In this document: piece by piece, positions 1-13,312 of the stretch
Position numbering within the stretch: position 1 is the stretch's first letter
Layout of the letters: each line of letters starts with the position of its first letter
From: Paraglomus brasilianum
Taxonomy: Eukaryota
Direction of reading: 5' to 3'
Length of the DNA stretch: 50,311 nt
Assembly (NCBI GenBank): GCA_910592345.1
Contig: CAJVPI010000136.1
Span: 1-50,311 of the forward strand
Notes under the pieces: generated by a model
The model's database searches: none
Seen by the model: the letters and a program-made list of their open reading frames with translations, nothing else
What the model was told of the DNA's origin: nothing
Translations under genes and position numbers: made by a program

Positions 1-204
1 CCGCAAGCGAACAACCGTTTCGGTAATCGGTGAAAAATTAAAAAAAAACGTCAAAACAAACGGGGAAGGGGTTTTTTCCCCCCCCCCCCCCCCCAAGCTG
101 GTGACGAAGTAACAGCGGACTTGCACTGCCGTTTTTGTCGATGAATTTTTGCCGTGACTGTCTGATGAAAAAGACATAATTATTGTCAGAAATCTCCACA
201 GAAC

Positions 205-985
205 ATTTAACATAGCATCAGCCTGAAATGCTAGCTTCAAAGCGGAAAGGTTATTCCTCATCCGTCATATACTATAATTCGATTTCAGCTTTAAAAATAT
301 CCATACTGATTTCCAAGAAGAAGGGACCAGATGTTCTGTTCTCACTATAAGGAGGCAGTCAAACTAGGCTTCTGCGGACCGCTTATACGATTCAATTGCA
401 TATACATCTCGCCCTTCACGCGAGACATCCACATGAAGAACGACGCGCCTTTGATACTATAAATCAAATTCGAATATGAACCTTGATTACAGCAAAAAGA
501 AAGAAGCATACCAGACAAATAACATGTGAAAGTTAGATCAAACACATCAAACAAACTCATTAGCAGAAACAGATCAATGTTTATGACTTGCCATTAAAAA
601 CTTACTCTATCTAATTATACACATCCCAAAGCCCGTCTTTGTAATCCCATCAACAAGAAGTAACGACTCTAGGTACATAGTGCGCGCATTCGAGATGTTT
701 CATTCCGCCAGGAACCGTTATCGATCGATCTCCTACAATAACTCTGCGTTGTGCATATAACAGCCTTCATACCAGATGCGCAGACTTTGTTAATTGCTGG
801 TACCTTGGTCGATGTGGGAGCCTGCGCAAAGAAGACTAAGTGAGCATCATATCGACAGAACTAATGAATATATACAGACAAGCAGAACGAGATAGTCCTA
901 GATTCGTCTGTTGGACATTATCAAAGATCTCGTCTTGTCGGGTTTAACTTCTATAGGCATAGCGTACTTTCTGGTTGGATTTTAT
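205..985 (-). pseudogene. Decayed acetyl-CoA C-acetyltransferase (thiolase, Erg10-like) pseudogene
   Basis: Manual minus-strand translation gives thiolase motifs in the right order, broken by frameshifts and stops: DNVQQTNLG (~GNVLQANLGQ), AINKVCASGMKAV (catalytic Cys motif, ~760-800), PGGMK..AHYVPR, LVDGI/KDGLWDVYN*, RDVYAIESYKRSAEA, FKAEI, DEE, LSALKLAFQAD. Not captured by the ORF track. Confidence 0.85.
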
Positions 986-1639
986 TGATAATAAACGAAA
1001 ACAGAATTATTATACAACTTTCCCAACTTGTACACTTGGTAAAGTATTTAGAGCTCTTACGAAAAAGCAGGTCTAGATCATGTGATGAAAAGCCTTCATC
1101 GCTAATATTACATTCAACTCATCTAATTTTCATCTGTAGGCATCTCATCGAATGGATTACGTTTTTACTGCTTGTTCTCGATTCCGCTATGCTGTAAAAC
1201 GCTGGCATTGACTTTGCAATTGAAACCAAAAGCACATGTTTATAAGCACGTTCACAAATCAGAATACAGTGCAAGCACAGTGTCTATCCATGTGGGTTGT
1301 ATTCCAGGCCATTGACTGTATTATATAAACTTGAGTTCCAAGTGTTGGAAGTACCAGATGAAACTACTTTTGAGATCTGGTAAAGAAATTGAATCAGTCG
1401 TTCCGGAACCTTCTTGAATTTATTGTAATGTTTGCGGCGTAAAACTTTGCCGTTTACATCCAACTGTTTACTCGAACTTGGTATTGCTTTCGCTTGGATA
1501 CAATGGATGCGCCATGTTGCCTTTTGTCGCATAGAGGATAAGATATGGGATTTATTTGTATCTATCTAAAATGCATTTTCACTTAAGCGAATAGCAATCG
1601 TAATGCCACGAGAATATCCACGGGACAAGAAGCGAATAT

Positions 1640-1745
1640 TACTAATAGACATAAGGGATTAATGGTTCACAACTATACCGATAATTACCAGGAAACGAAT
1701 CATTAATAATGTATTTCAGAGTATAAAGAACTACCCGTTTACTAT
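1640..1745 (+). repeat. Fragment related to the LTR-like element at 19284
   Basis: GGGATTAATG and TAATGTATTTCAGAGTATAAAgAACT match 19493-19523 (GGGATTAATGTATTTCAGAGTATAAAAAACT). Confidence 0.5.
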
Positions 1746-2735
1746 AATTAATTGAACATATGTGAATGTGATGAATTCTAACGGAAAGTCGCGCTTCTTG
1801 TTTGCTAATACGACTGCCACGTAGATATGCATCTGTGTTAATTATAATTACCGATAATAACTGAATTTTTATATCTAATAATGCGTTAATATTAATCGTT
1901 ATAGCCTCAGATTATCTGCAGCCAATATAGAAACAAATCGAGATACATATGTAACCCACTATCAATACGAGTACCTTGGATACTAAGATGAACAAGAGAA
2001 TAATACCCCAGGTACACGTATCGGAGGAATAACGATAATATATCTTTCCAATAAACGAGTAGTTTTTTATACAATGTGGGGCAGAAATTCTTGCCCTCAG
2101 TAATGAGCAAGTGAATTGGTCAAATACCTCATTTAAAACCGTGCTATAACAGGGGTACTATAACCAGTGCAATACAGTAATTGGTCCCAAATTAAATGCT
2201 TGATTTGCAGTTTATTTGTTTGGTATGCATTTGTTGTGCCAGATTCTAAGAAATAAACATTATTAATATTCTAATGTGTTAAAAAGTGCAAATTAAAATG
2301 TGTATAGTAAGCTCACCTGAGAATATCTGATTTTAATATTGCATGGTTTTCCCTTGTACTTGGTGATACAAAGAAGGCCTCCTAAACTCTCGATTGCATA
2401 GTATAATATGTCTCTTACTAACAACACTTTCCCAAGTCGCGTTATTTCTAAATAAACACGTGACACAAAATTTCGCTTAGTTAGATACGGAGCAAATAAA
2501 GCATTATTAAGAATATAATGATATGAGTGTTTTCAGATTTTAAAAGCCCTATGTGGTCACAATAAAACAACCTTCCGTAATGCGTTCGACGTTTCCAGAC
2601 TGGAATGGGGGCAGGCAGTTGAGGTATGGGTGCAAGGCAAGGAAAATGTTGATTCTTTTGCAAGTGAGACTTAGAAGTTTGTTTGTACCAGTCGAAGAAA
2701 CATAATTTACATATTGAGTGTTTTGTAGAAGAGTA

Positions 2736-2928
2736 CAAGTGAAACTCGATATAAGAAGCTCTCGATATAAGAAACACTAATTAAAATTTGATATAAGAAA
2801 GTTGATCTAAAAAATAGTCTATATGAAACTATCTCTATATAAGAAAGTTACTAATAAACTTTTGGTATAAGAAAGATTCTAAGATTTTTTACTATGGGTC
2901 CCGATCACTTTCTTATATCGCGAGCTTG
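2736..2928. mobile_element. MITE (pogo/Tc1-mariner-like, non-autonomous)
   Basis: Flanked by TA. Imperfect TIRs CAAGtgaaacTCGATATAAGAA / TTCTTATATCGcgagCTTG. Internal repeats of (G)ATATAAGAA. Confidence 0.7.
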
Positions 2929-3581
2929 TAGTACGCGTAGCGGCAATAGTCGGCAGGTAAAACAAATGGATGAGATGATAATGTATAAAAACGTCTCATA
3001 TTTCAGCGCGAATACGTCCAGCATACCAAAAAAAAATCTATAAACTAGGTTTGGTAATAAGGCCATTAATACTACGGCAAATTAGAACTGGTATCATGCG
3101 TAATAGTGGATAACATTTATTAGATGCGAATTCAGTTCAATCATATGTCTATTACGTCACCGGGTCTGGGACTGTCAGCAAACATAGTAGCCTTGATTGC
3201 GCAAAACAGCTTGGGATTTAGTCCCCAAATCTCAAGGCTGTAGCGCTCTTGGCGCGATAGCAGGAACGAAATTTGATGGTACAATTCAGCACAGCGTAGT
3301 CCTAAAGATTAATTAATGTGATAATTAACAGACTACAAAAGAGTAATAAACTACAGTATTGTAGTTAATGAGCGAACTGAAATTCTTTTAATATAAAATA
3401 TCAAAGATCCATATCTTGATCACATATGCGATTTGACTCATTCAAATCTGGAATATGTTAGTAAATGTTCTAGTACAATTCATCAGATAACAAAAAGTTA
3501 TCGCTTAAAACAGAGTTTGGGAAAAAATATAGCTAACGAGAGATGAGTTGGCCTGTGGTCTAGCATAGGAAAATAATAATA

Positions 3582-3765
3582 CAGTCAAACCTTGATATAG
3601 TGAAGTCTTGATACAGTGAATTTCGCGCTATAGTAAAGAATTCTTCTGATCCAAAAACAGCATTAGTATAAACTTTATTATATTGAAAATTTTTGATACA
3701 GTGAATTTTCGATATAGTGAAGAAAAATGCCCGTCCCGCTGACTTTACTATATGAGGTTTGACTG
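3582..3765. mobile_element. MITE (pogo-like)
   Basis: TA TSD. ~23-bp TIRs CAGTCAAACCTTGATATAGTGAAG / CTTTACTATATGAGGTTTGACTG. Internal GATAyAGTGAA repeats. Confidence 0.85.
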
Positions 3766-5441
3766 TAATAAGTAGTCAGAGTGTTGACCTGCAATTGCCA
3801 CAGAGATTAGCGGTAAATGTCGTGATTAAAACTAGGAATATTCTCAGGCGAACGCTCTCGATATATGCGACCAACTATTTATAGTTTAAATCATTGAAAT
3901 CGGTATATTAATATATATCACCAAGTACATTGAAAAGCAAATCTTTGGAGTTTTGAAAATTTACCTATGTTACTAGTATCGTAAAATAATATACGAGTTC
4001 GACTAGTTTTCTCCGCAAACAAGAAGAATTAGCTTGGGACGATTTTAGTTGCTTTACTATGTTAATTATAGAAATGCATTATCTGCCCTGCAGTTATTAC
4101 TTAATGATTTTCTATAAACACAACGATAAGTAAAAGTGTGTTGTTGGTCTATAATGGGTATAGGCACGCATGCAATTAATTAGCTGATGTTGGTTAGCGT
4201 GCGTATATGAAAATTAACTACTGTTCTCATGACATTCTCAAATCTTCTGTCATAAAAAACGTCTGTCCTTGTTAGATACGCGAATACGATTTGCTAAACG
4301 TTAAACGGTCAACGTTGTGCGACAGAAGCACGACATTGGTTTCCTGAAACAATTGATATCGAAAGGATATATGAGTGATCAATTAGCGTATTCTTTACAA
4401 GATTGCTTTGATCATATATCATGTATTATTTTATTGTGTAGCCGGTTTGAGAGATTGAGATGGAATATTGGCAACAAATATGAAATATGAGAATAGAACA
4501 TCCAATAAAGTTACGCTCTGTAAGTGTACAGCCGAGGGGGGGGGGGGAGTATTATTAATTTCCTAGAACAACGTAGCGCAGAACGTCCAGATTGAATTCA
4601 GGCGTCAAACTGTTCTATATTCTCATGACAACTTTATTGAATCGCATTGCCCCTGTTTTGAGAAACGAGACAAAGAATTGATAGATTATTGCACAAGAAT
4701 TTGGCTCAACAAAAAATGCAAGCCACGTGATGTAGAAACATTAATAACAAATCCACTCTTTTTGATACCTCTTTCGGACACATTTTCAAACACGTTTCAG
4801 TCTAAATTTCCAAAAGGAAGCAGGAATCAACCAATCGTTGGCAAAGTTAATGTCGGTATTATAACCGAAAGTCTATCCGACATCTGTTACGCCATCGGGA
4901 TTCACTGCGCAGTTCATTGGGATCGTTATCTCCAAGGTAATTAATAAATGACTGTTTAAAAAAAGCAATTAAGTGTACGAGTTCTTTGTACCTGTTTCAG
5001 ATAATAATAATAACAATTCTATAAAAGTCATACAATCTCTTATCGAATTACGTATCGATTTAAAAATAGTGACAATAAATAAACATTAGCAACTAATATT
5101 ACTTATTCAAGAAAGAGATAACCCGTATTTATGTCGCACCATTGTGTGTTTACTTTCAAGAAAACATTGTAATACCCGAAATTCTCAAATGTCACTTATC
5201 ACAATATTGTCCTACGAGTAACAGGATTGCTTCCGTTTTTTATTGTCCAAATTCTCGCGTAATTTATTTAAGCCCTTTTTTTTTTTTTACTACGAGAACA
5301 ATTACCAAATATCTACAAATCAGTTATTCAAAACTGACATCCTTCCCATGACAAAAACCTTGAGAAAACAAAATTAAAGACTATTATTATGGAGTTGAAA
5401 TTAAATAACAAGTATGTATGTACGTATATTATACATTTACA

Positions 5442-7660
5442 TTAGACGTCACGCAACTGATGTTCACCCCTGAGGACAGCACGAAGAGGCTTCTGTACAA
5501 GCCATACTTTCCTGTCAATCTCATCCTCGCTTTCATCTCCATTCTCTCCATTCCCTCCATCCCCTCCATTTCCTCCATTTCCTCCATTCCCATTTTCATC
5601 TTTCTCAACATCACTATCATTGGTGGCTTCTTGAGTCTCCTTGGACTCTTCGATCTCTTCAGGAGCTCGATTACCTTCATCTTCCGTCGCAGCATCATCT
5701 AATCCGATTGCAACTGCAGACAAAGGCAACCCAGTTCCAGATCCATCATCAAACTGTACTGTGGATGTACTAGCCACACCTTTACCAAGTTTCCCACGAC
5801 GGAAAGTATCAGACAATGCCGAGTTCGAAGTCTTCTTCTTGTTCTTGTAATCTATATCCCAAATGTTGCTGCCCCTCAACGGAGAAATAAATGGAGATGG
5901 ATTACTATCTCTTGCTGATGACGACGATGTCCCAACGTTAGCATGCCCAGCATGTATTGGGTCCAGCGGTATCTCGATTGAAATATCGGGTTGGTTCGTT
6001 ATGTTTTCTTCATCCTGATCGACCCAGCTGGGCATTGGCCAACGACCGTCGTATCTAGATCCACCTGGCCTTGCTGCAGTAGACGTCTCATAAACGGACG
6101 GGAAACGACGTGAAGAGCGGTAAGTTCGGTGAGATCGGTGAGAGGAAGCGCGCTGTAGTGCCTGGGAGGGTACCAAGGTCGTTTTTCTTTACGTCGATAG
6201 GGGAATACGATTTGATGAAGAAGCGATGCAAGGTTATTATTAATAGATTACAAACAGCAGACACATTTTAATAAAGCGGTTTCCTACTTACTGGCAAAAC
6301 AAGATTATTTGGACAACAGCAATTACAACTACAGGCACGTAATTCCAAAGTATCATGAACAATACGGCAGTTCCTTGTTTCCAGATCGAGGGGTTTTTGG
6401 CAATGAAAACAAAAGCGAAACACGAAATGCTGTCAATGAAATAAATGCAAGTCAACAGGGCGAATACTCCTATTAGCTATTTTGGAAAGAGGGAATAGAA
6501 CGAGATCATTCAGTAAAAAGACGGTCAACAAAAGCTTTATACACCAGTCAAGATCGTATCTCTTTGGAAAAGATTCAACAAACTCACCCTCCATTTAAAG
6601 CTTTTCAACTCCATGACTCTCCATTGATAATAAACACCTTTCCTATGAATTTCTCTCAAGCTTTTTGCGTAATCTCTCAACACATTGTTTAGCTTGTACC
6701 ATACGAGTATCATTGCAAGAGTATAAGCCAAGTCCCAGATGCCGATGAGAAAAAACTGCAGTTTGAGTATATTATTGGCACTTTTGAAATGATTGGTGTC
6801 AGCGCTGTGACCAGTAAAATACGCAATTGGCAGCACAGATGCAAGCGGACCGAGTATCACGCTAATGCTTATGATATCAAGCATGCAAGTGTTGTGTGTC
6901 CATCGTATCTGGCTCTTGGCTATAGGATCGAGCGAGGCTATTGAGTAAACTAGAATTGGGGAAGAGGAGGGAAGAGGACGTGTTATTGGTGAGATTACAT
7001 CGATGAACGAGTGGAGAACTGACGTGGTTGTTCAAACCAAAACTTACTCAGACTAATTGGGTATAATGTCGACAGTGATAGAGTGAGTATACGAGGTAAT
7101 ACATACCCGACTAATTTAGAATCGGAAGATGGTGATTAGACAGATGTTGCAATAAGAACGAATAATGCGTAACCATGTACTTACTTTCTGCCACTGCAAT
7201 GTTATTATAGGCTTCCCTTAGTAGAAAAATTATATCAATACCAGAGACTAAAGGGGGAAGGGGAAGAGAACATGTTAGATCAAACTGACACCAATGCCAT
7301 CTGCAATTTCTTTCAATCGCACGCACGCACTCATTCTTCGTTTCATCTTTGTTAGTTATACTTACGCAAACAGAATAAACAAGCCATAACATGAAAGGTA
7401 TCTGCAGGTCGCGGTCGTAATATTCCTCTTTCTTTAGATGGTGGAAAGAACAATGACTGGCGTTTGACAAGTATTCGATAGGCCAGCGTCACCAATGAAG
7501 TAAGCATTGTCGTCACAATTAAGATCAGCAATATCCAGTATGAAAAACGTAGAAATGGTTCCTCTGCACATCCAGCAATGTTCACGCGGAAGTCGCACAC
7601 ACATGATTGATTGTCGTCAAAAGTGCAGATTCGAGTGAAATTGTTGACCAATCTCACCAT
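5442..7660 (-). CDS. Multi-exon multi-pass membrane protein with a long disordered acidic/Gly-rich C-terminal tail (uncharacterised, possibly 7TM-like)
   Basis: ORFs 7352-7660, 6537-6884 and 5442-6176 are collinear on the minus strand, separated by GT-AG introns (e.g. donor at 7365). Cys-rich N-terminus (CTFD..CVCDFR..C) and several hydrophobic segments. Internal exon borders are approximate. Confidence 0.75.
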
Positions 7661-9369
7661 TATGAAATCGATTTTGTTATTGCTATACTGGACACTGTGT
7701 CAGGATACAAGAACAACGACGTGAACATGGATAGACTTTTCGGTTGATTGTGTTGTAATTTGTTGGAAAAGCCAAGCCACGAATTGTATCGATACTCTTT
7801 TTTCTTTTTTTTTGAAATCGATTGTTTCGTTCAATACAGTTGTTTTTTTTTTTGTTTTTTACGTTAATAATTTGGTTCAGTAAGCAAATTAGAGCCGTGG
7901 GAGGACGAGAGAACGGGGAATGTGCAGAGTATTATATATTGAATGTACTATATAAATATTAATGCATCGGCCAGCGACTACTAATGCTACTTAACCACCA
8001 AATTATTAAAGAAAGAGGAATATGAACGGAAGAATGCCAAAGACTGTCGAGCAGAAACGTTTCTTATATCTCAAATTTCAAGATATAATAGTCCGCAGAC
8101 GCAACGGCGCCCAAAAAGGTTGACAATCTTGACCAATCCACCAATTTGCCAGTATTCCAGACAAACTCGTCCTTATAACTAAAATCAATGTGATAATCCG
8201 TTAATACTTATCTGTACTGGGTGATTAGAAAAAGTTAGAGCGTACAAACGTACAACACAACACATCACTTCCAATTTTCGATAATCATCATTATGAGAAT
8301 ACCAAATCGGAAGCGTGTAACCTATCTATTGTCCGCACGCGTTTGCTACTAACCATTTATGGAGCCGACATACACAAATAATGCACAAATGATTGGCTGA
8401 AACAGTATCGGTGGAATTCGTGCGGTTTTCCGGCCGAAAATCTTTTTTGCAGAGGTGACACAATATGTCAGTACGGGAAACTGCATGATTTATATGAATG
8501 GTTAATAAAAGTTGCATGGGGCCCACATTATTATAATGAAAGCTGCATGACTGTAATTAATGAAACTACTTGTATTCGATTTGTATACATTTTTTACATA
8601 ATCGACAATCAATAAATGTTGTTTGCAAAAAAGTTGTTCTTATTAATATTTTTTGCTCCCTTTTCGCAAAGGGGGGGCTTCTTACATGGGGAAAATATAT
8701 GCCCACGTTATTTAGGCATTGCATCCAAAGGACAATACTAAGTCTTCTGCTAGTAGTACAACAGTTTAGATGTTGTACGAACTCTTTCGGGGTTGCATGA
8801 TTAGAGTTAATATACTGGGGACAAATTTGTATTAACAATTACGAGATTAAGGGGCGCCAAGTCAGGGGGCATTTGTTGTGGATATATTAACTAAATTTTA
8901 AGAGAAACAAAGTTTACACGTTTAGAATTAATATTTCTTGTGATATCAATTAATATGTCGCACGTACCAATAACGCAATGTTATTGTTATATCGTTTTAT
9001 CAAATAAACATTACTAATTCATACGAATACATAAATACATGACTAGCCACTAGCTTTTTAATGAACATCTTCAGTCGAAATGCCCTATCGCTCTTGTACA
9101 TAATAAGTAAACAATACCTCTAAATGTAGTTTAATCATCACGACATAATTATCTCATCAAAGATGTCAACCTGTGTTTTTATACCGACAGCTCGTACCAT
9201 TCTTACTTGCTGCATTTACCCAAAGCAGAACGTATATAAGCAGAAAAGAATCGAAAAAAACGTCTTCAACTCTATAAAAGGCACCATCATCGCAGTCGAT
9301 CTTTGATACAATTTCCCACTCGTCGTTAGTTTGCAAGTCGTACATTTACACTCGTTCCCTCGACTCGTC

Positions 9370-10719
9370 TCACATCGACTGTTGGTTTCCCTCTTTATTT
9401 AGTGCCTCTTTCAACAAGCCCAAGAGTTTCCGTCCCCGTTTTTGACTGACAGCTGTTCTTTTAACGCGGCTTTGCGGCCCAAATTGGGTCTTCGTGATAA
9501 AGTTCCAGTGCACCATTAACCATGAAGTGTGATAGGCCATATTTTCATAATACTCGTTTGCTATCTTGCGTACTTCCGGAAGACGTGACCACGGGATCTG
9601 GTTGATAAGAGATGGCCCAATCGATAGCGTTAAATCAAGTAATGATAATTAAATATGCATCTATACTATTTTTAATCTATACCTCCCCATTATTGGCATC
9701 GTCAAGATCTACCGCAAATGACAACAATGCAAAACTTTTGTAGTATTTTCAGTTATATATATATATTTCGATTCGGTTCACTCCGTTTCTCTCTTTTTCC
9801 CCACTCACCCCCTACTCTCTTCGTCTTGCTTGCTTACCTTTGTAAAGTCATGGTGTTCGTTGTGGTATCCGCTATTCATGAATAAATAATTAAGAATTCC
9901 ATAGTACGAATAGGTCTCTTGCCCATCGTCGAAAGTATAATGTTCTTGTATCAAACGTGCGGCAGCCGGATGTAACCCATATCCAAACCATACAGATAGA
10001 CACAAATAGGCAAACCCTCGCATACCGCATGCGACATATATCAACACATTGGCCACAATATTAAACGCTATGTTCAAATACTCCCACAGTTGTGGTGGAT
10101 ACTTTTGTATCGCAATTCCACGTGCAATATACAGTATGGGATATATGTTCAGCCATAAAAACTTCATTATCGCATTACCGCCAATGAACTTGGCCTCCCA
10201 TTCCATTGGCAGATCTGGATCTATTCCAACTATACCCAAGTTCACATGATGCTCGAGGTGATATCGACGAAACGACATTGCAAGAGGAACCGGGATACCA
10301 ATATTAGAAATCAACCCAACTATCCGATTCTGAAACATCGTCCTGGCGGTCAGTCCATGAGCCGCCTCGTGGATTATTGTTCCTAGTAATTGCGACGCCG
10401 AACCTCCAACCACATAGGCGTATATGTACATTGTCCAATGCCAATCGACGAGAATCCGGCCAAAAACAAAAGCTGCAGACAGCTGAACAAATACGGCAAC
10501 GAGTGCGATCAATACTGTACATGAATCGTATCCGTAAAGCTTTTCGATTTCGGGATGGTGTTTGAGTATGGTTAACCGACGTTTCAGGTGTGGTTCGTCG
10601 AGGTTATCTGTGGCAAACTGGCTGTCGACAGACGGGAGCGACTTGGTCCATTCGCCGATATACAGTGGATATCGGTAGTCTATGTGGTCAATTGGCGGCG
10701 GCGTGAGCGTCATGGTCAT
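9370..10719 (-). CDS. DES1: Sphingolipid delta-4 desaturase (DES1/DEGS family); exons 10719-9838 and 9597-9370
   Basis: EPHLKRR..ILKHHPEI N-terminal motif and three His boxes HEAAH, HLEHH, HNEHH. QETYSYYG. A GT-AG intron joins HHDFTK to IPWSRLPEVRKIA. Confidence 0.92.
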
Positions 10720-12714
10720 AACAACGAAAATTGCAAAGATAAGAAATTTCTATAGTATTTAATAGTTAAAAAACTATAAGGAAAGAAGCCAGTTGGCAAG
10801 AGCAATCACATGTGGGCAAGGACAGAGTAATGAAATCCAGTCTCAAAGATGTGTTAGAAAATAGTAATGATAATGTCAAAATGCCTAAAAAACCATGAGA
10901 TCTTTATACATCGAATGCAATATTTTATATAGCTTGATGCTGGACGAAAAAAAAAAAGTCCTTTTTGGAGGCCATATTTATTTATTATGTTGTAGTTATT
11001 CCGATTGTCCGTGTAAAAAATCAGACCACATTACATCGTCAAATCATCTTTCGCTTCCCAAGTGTCATCATGTTTCAATCTCCTTTTATATCCATACGTA
11101 ACAATAGTAATTATCTTTGAAAATACTATACATAACGTAGTATTTATTACTGAAAAACCTCTTTATCATCTCTATCTTTCACTTTTCGACCGTTTTTTTG
11201 CTAGATCTTTCGTTTCCGTATCGCTGAAAGTGAATGATTTTATTACCGTCATACAATGCAAGAAATCGTCTAATACACATATGCTCGCTATACGTATGTG
11301 GATGAGAGGTGAATATTGGCTTTCCAGAATGTTATTTGATGTCTTGAATATTAAGAAACAAGTAAAAAGGATAGCAGTTATATATGCAATATTTTCCAAT
11401 TTTTTTTACAACTTGTAAAGGTTGCTTTCTCCACGATTTCCAGTGCAAACAAACTTTATCACGTACTGTATAATATATGTATTGCTGGGATGGTGGACAA
11501 TACCCAGAGACGTTCTGCACGAGAACCAAGCATCGATAATCGAGAATTCTTGTTATTCCATTCATTCATACTATTGTTTATTTCCTAGACCATACCAAGC
11601 TTGCCCACAGTTTAGATGTGAATCAGCCAGCTTGGGTCGGTATGTGACAGATATCTCCAGGACAGGACAAGTGCTTTTCTCATTGCAGCATTATGTCTAT
11701 CCAGAGCGTTAAACGAGCCGAGGCCATAGCACACTTTCAGATATATTCAATACTCAGTTTCGTCTTTTCTCAATGATTGAGCGGGTCTTGGCTATGTATT
11801 GTTCGTTTTTATGGACGAATGTCTCGCATGTGATGTGTCACCTGCACTCTCTCACAACTTATAATGTAAGTGAAACGCAATTACCTTTATTTGATATACA
11901 ATGGATATATGATTTTGACATTGACGTAAGAGTAACCATTACATATTTTCCGCCATCAGATATCGATATTAAAATTTTTTATATTCTGATCGACTATTTT
12001 GGCGATCCGTTAAAAAGTTCAACGGTTGCTTAATATGAAAATCTCGGCTTTGGCTTAAGTCGGCCAAAAATTTTCTCCCTATTTAAAAATTCTCGATAAG
12101 TCGGCCAACGGCTTAGTTGGATGGTCTCGATAAGTCGGTTGTTTCACGGGACAATTTGTAAGACGTATACGGTAATTGGTGGACCACACCCCGTCGATGA
12201 TTAATTGTCCAGTATAATTACTTATCGCGAGGAACTTTATTCACAACGAGGTGCTCGCTAAAGCCCAGTTTAGGCTGTCTTTACCTATCTACATACATGC
12301 AGAAGAAGAGAATAAAAGCCCATAAACCAGATTTATTGGGGGAGGGGGGAAGATATCTATTCTTAGATATATCAATGAGTGATTGTATTCTATTGGGGGG
12401 ACCCAGGGGAGCAGAGGTAGAGAAGATAGAGTTGATGATGTCAGTATGAAAGGGGGAAAGTGGGTTCATGTCCGAAAGCCCTTGTAGTAAAGGCATTCCA
12501 GAGAGTGAGCATGGCTGCTGATTGCAGGGATCGTATTAACCTTGTGTGAGTGAGAGATCGAGAATAGTGATTGTGTGCCATCTGCAAAAATCATATCCCA
12601 TATTGATTGAGCAATATGGATGTCAATGTCGATGTTGGTGGAAATTTTCATTCCAGTTAACCTGTCCAACACTAGGGATGTAAGTGTGTTGGGCTCAATG
12701 AGGCCTGAGCACTA

Positions 12715-13182
12715 TAATCATACGATAAATATGTCATGCAATTCGAATCATACAATCAAAGAGCTAAACATGTACTAGATTATCATACGATTAAAGTCAT
12801 ACGATTAAAACAATAAACACGTCGCTAGAATCATACGATCAAAACACTAAGATGTAGACGTTATAAATTTGTGAAATTTCTATAAAAATAAAGGTAATTG
12901 ATATCCCTCTGTCTTCGTTGACATCGTTAACAAAAGCTTGCGACATAACATAATGGGATCAGAAAATATCAATAACGTGAGTGTAAGCAGTTCTGTGTTG
13001 TCAGGAATGAAAGATTTACAACGGCAGATAAGAAGAAAACAAGTCGATGCTCTAAGACAAGCTAGTCTGCAAGATTATTTTGCGATGTAATTATATTAAT
13101 GTATTAATATTAATAATAAACGGTTTAATTAAATGTATATATTTGATCACGTGATTTTGATACTGTTGGCCGATCTGACTGT
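12715..13182 (+). mobile_element. Pogo/Tigger-like DNA transposon remnant with transposase C-terminus
   Basis: Clustered (A)TCATACGAT subterminal-type repeats (12717-12840). 12953-13090 encodes ...LQRQIRRKQVDALRQASLQDYFAM*, ending in a PIP-box-like QxxLxxYF typical of pogo-family transposase C-termini. TGACTG end resembles the CAGTCA MITE TIRs. Confidence 0.55.
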
Positions 13183-13239
13183 GTACATATCGTTGTGTGA
13201 TAGATAACTTACGGAAATCCAAGTACTCTATTTTCTATA

Positions 13240-13312
13240 CAAGTGGCTCTCAATTTAAGAATCCTTCGATATAAGAAACGAACTTGTTGGGCTCTTATAT
13301 CGAGAGCACTTG
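13240..13312. mobile_element. 73-bp minimal MITE
   Basis: TA on both sides. TIRs CAAGTGGCTCTCAATTTAAGA / TCTTATATCGAGAGCACTTG. Same GATATAAGAA family as 2736-2928. Confidence 0.7.

Noticed and set aside
79..95. Poly-C run (and poly-G near 4536-4548)
   Set aside because: Simple homopolymers with no supporting context.
5418..5850. Antisense and alternate-frame ORFs overlapping genes (also 10049, 29705, 35627, 40235)
   Set aside because: Shadow ORFs of real coding regions or of low-complexity repeats.
11400..11830. TPR-like AWYGLG peptide on the minus strand
   Set aside because: Single short match among many stops; unsupported.
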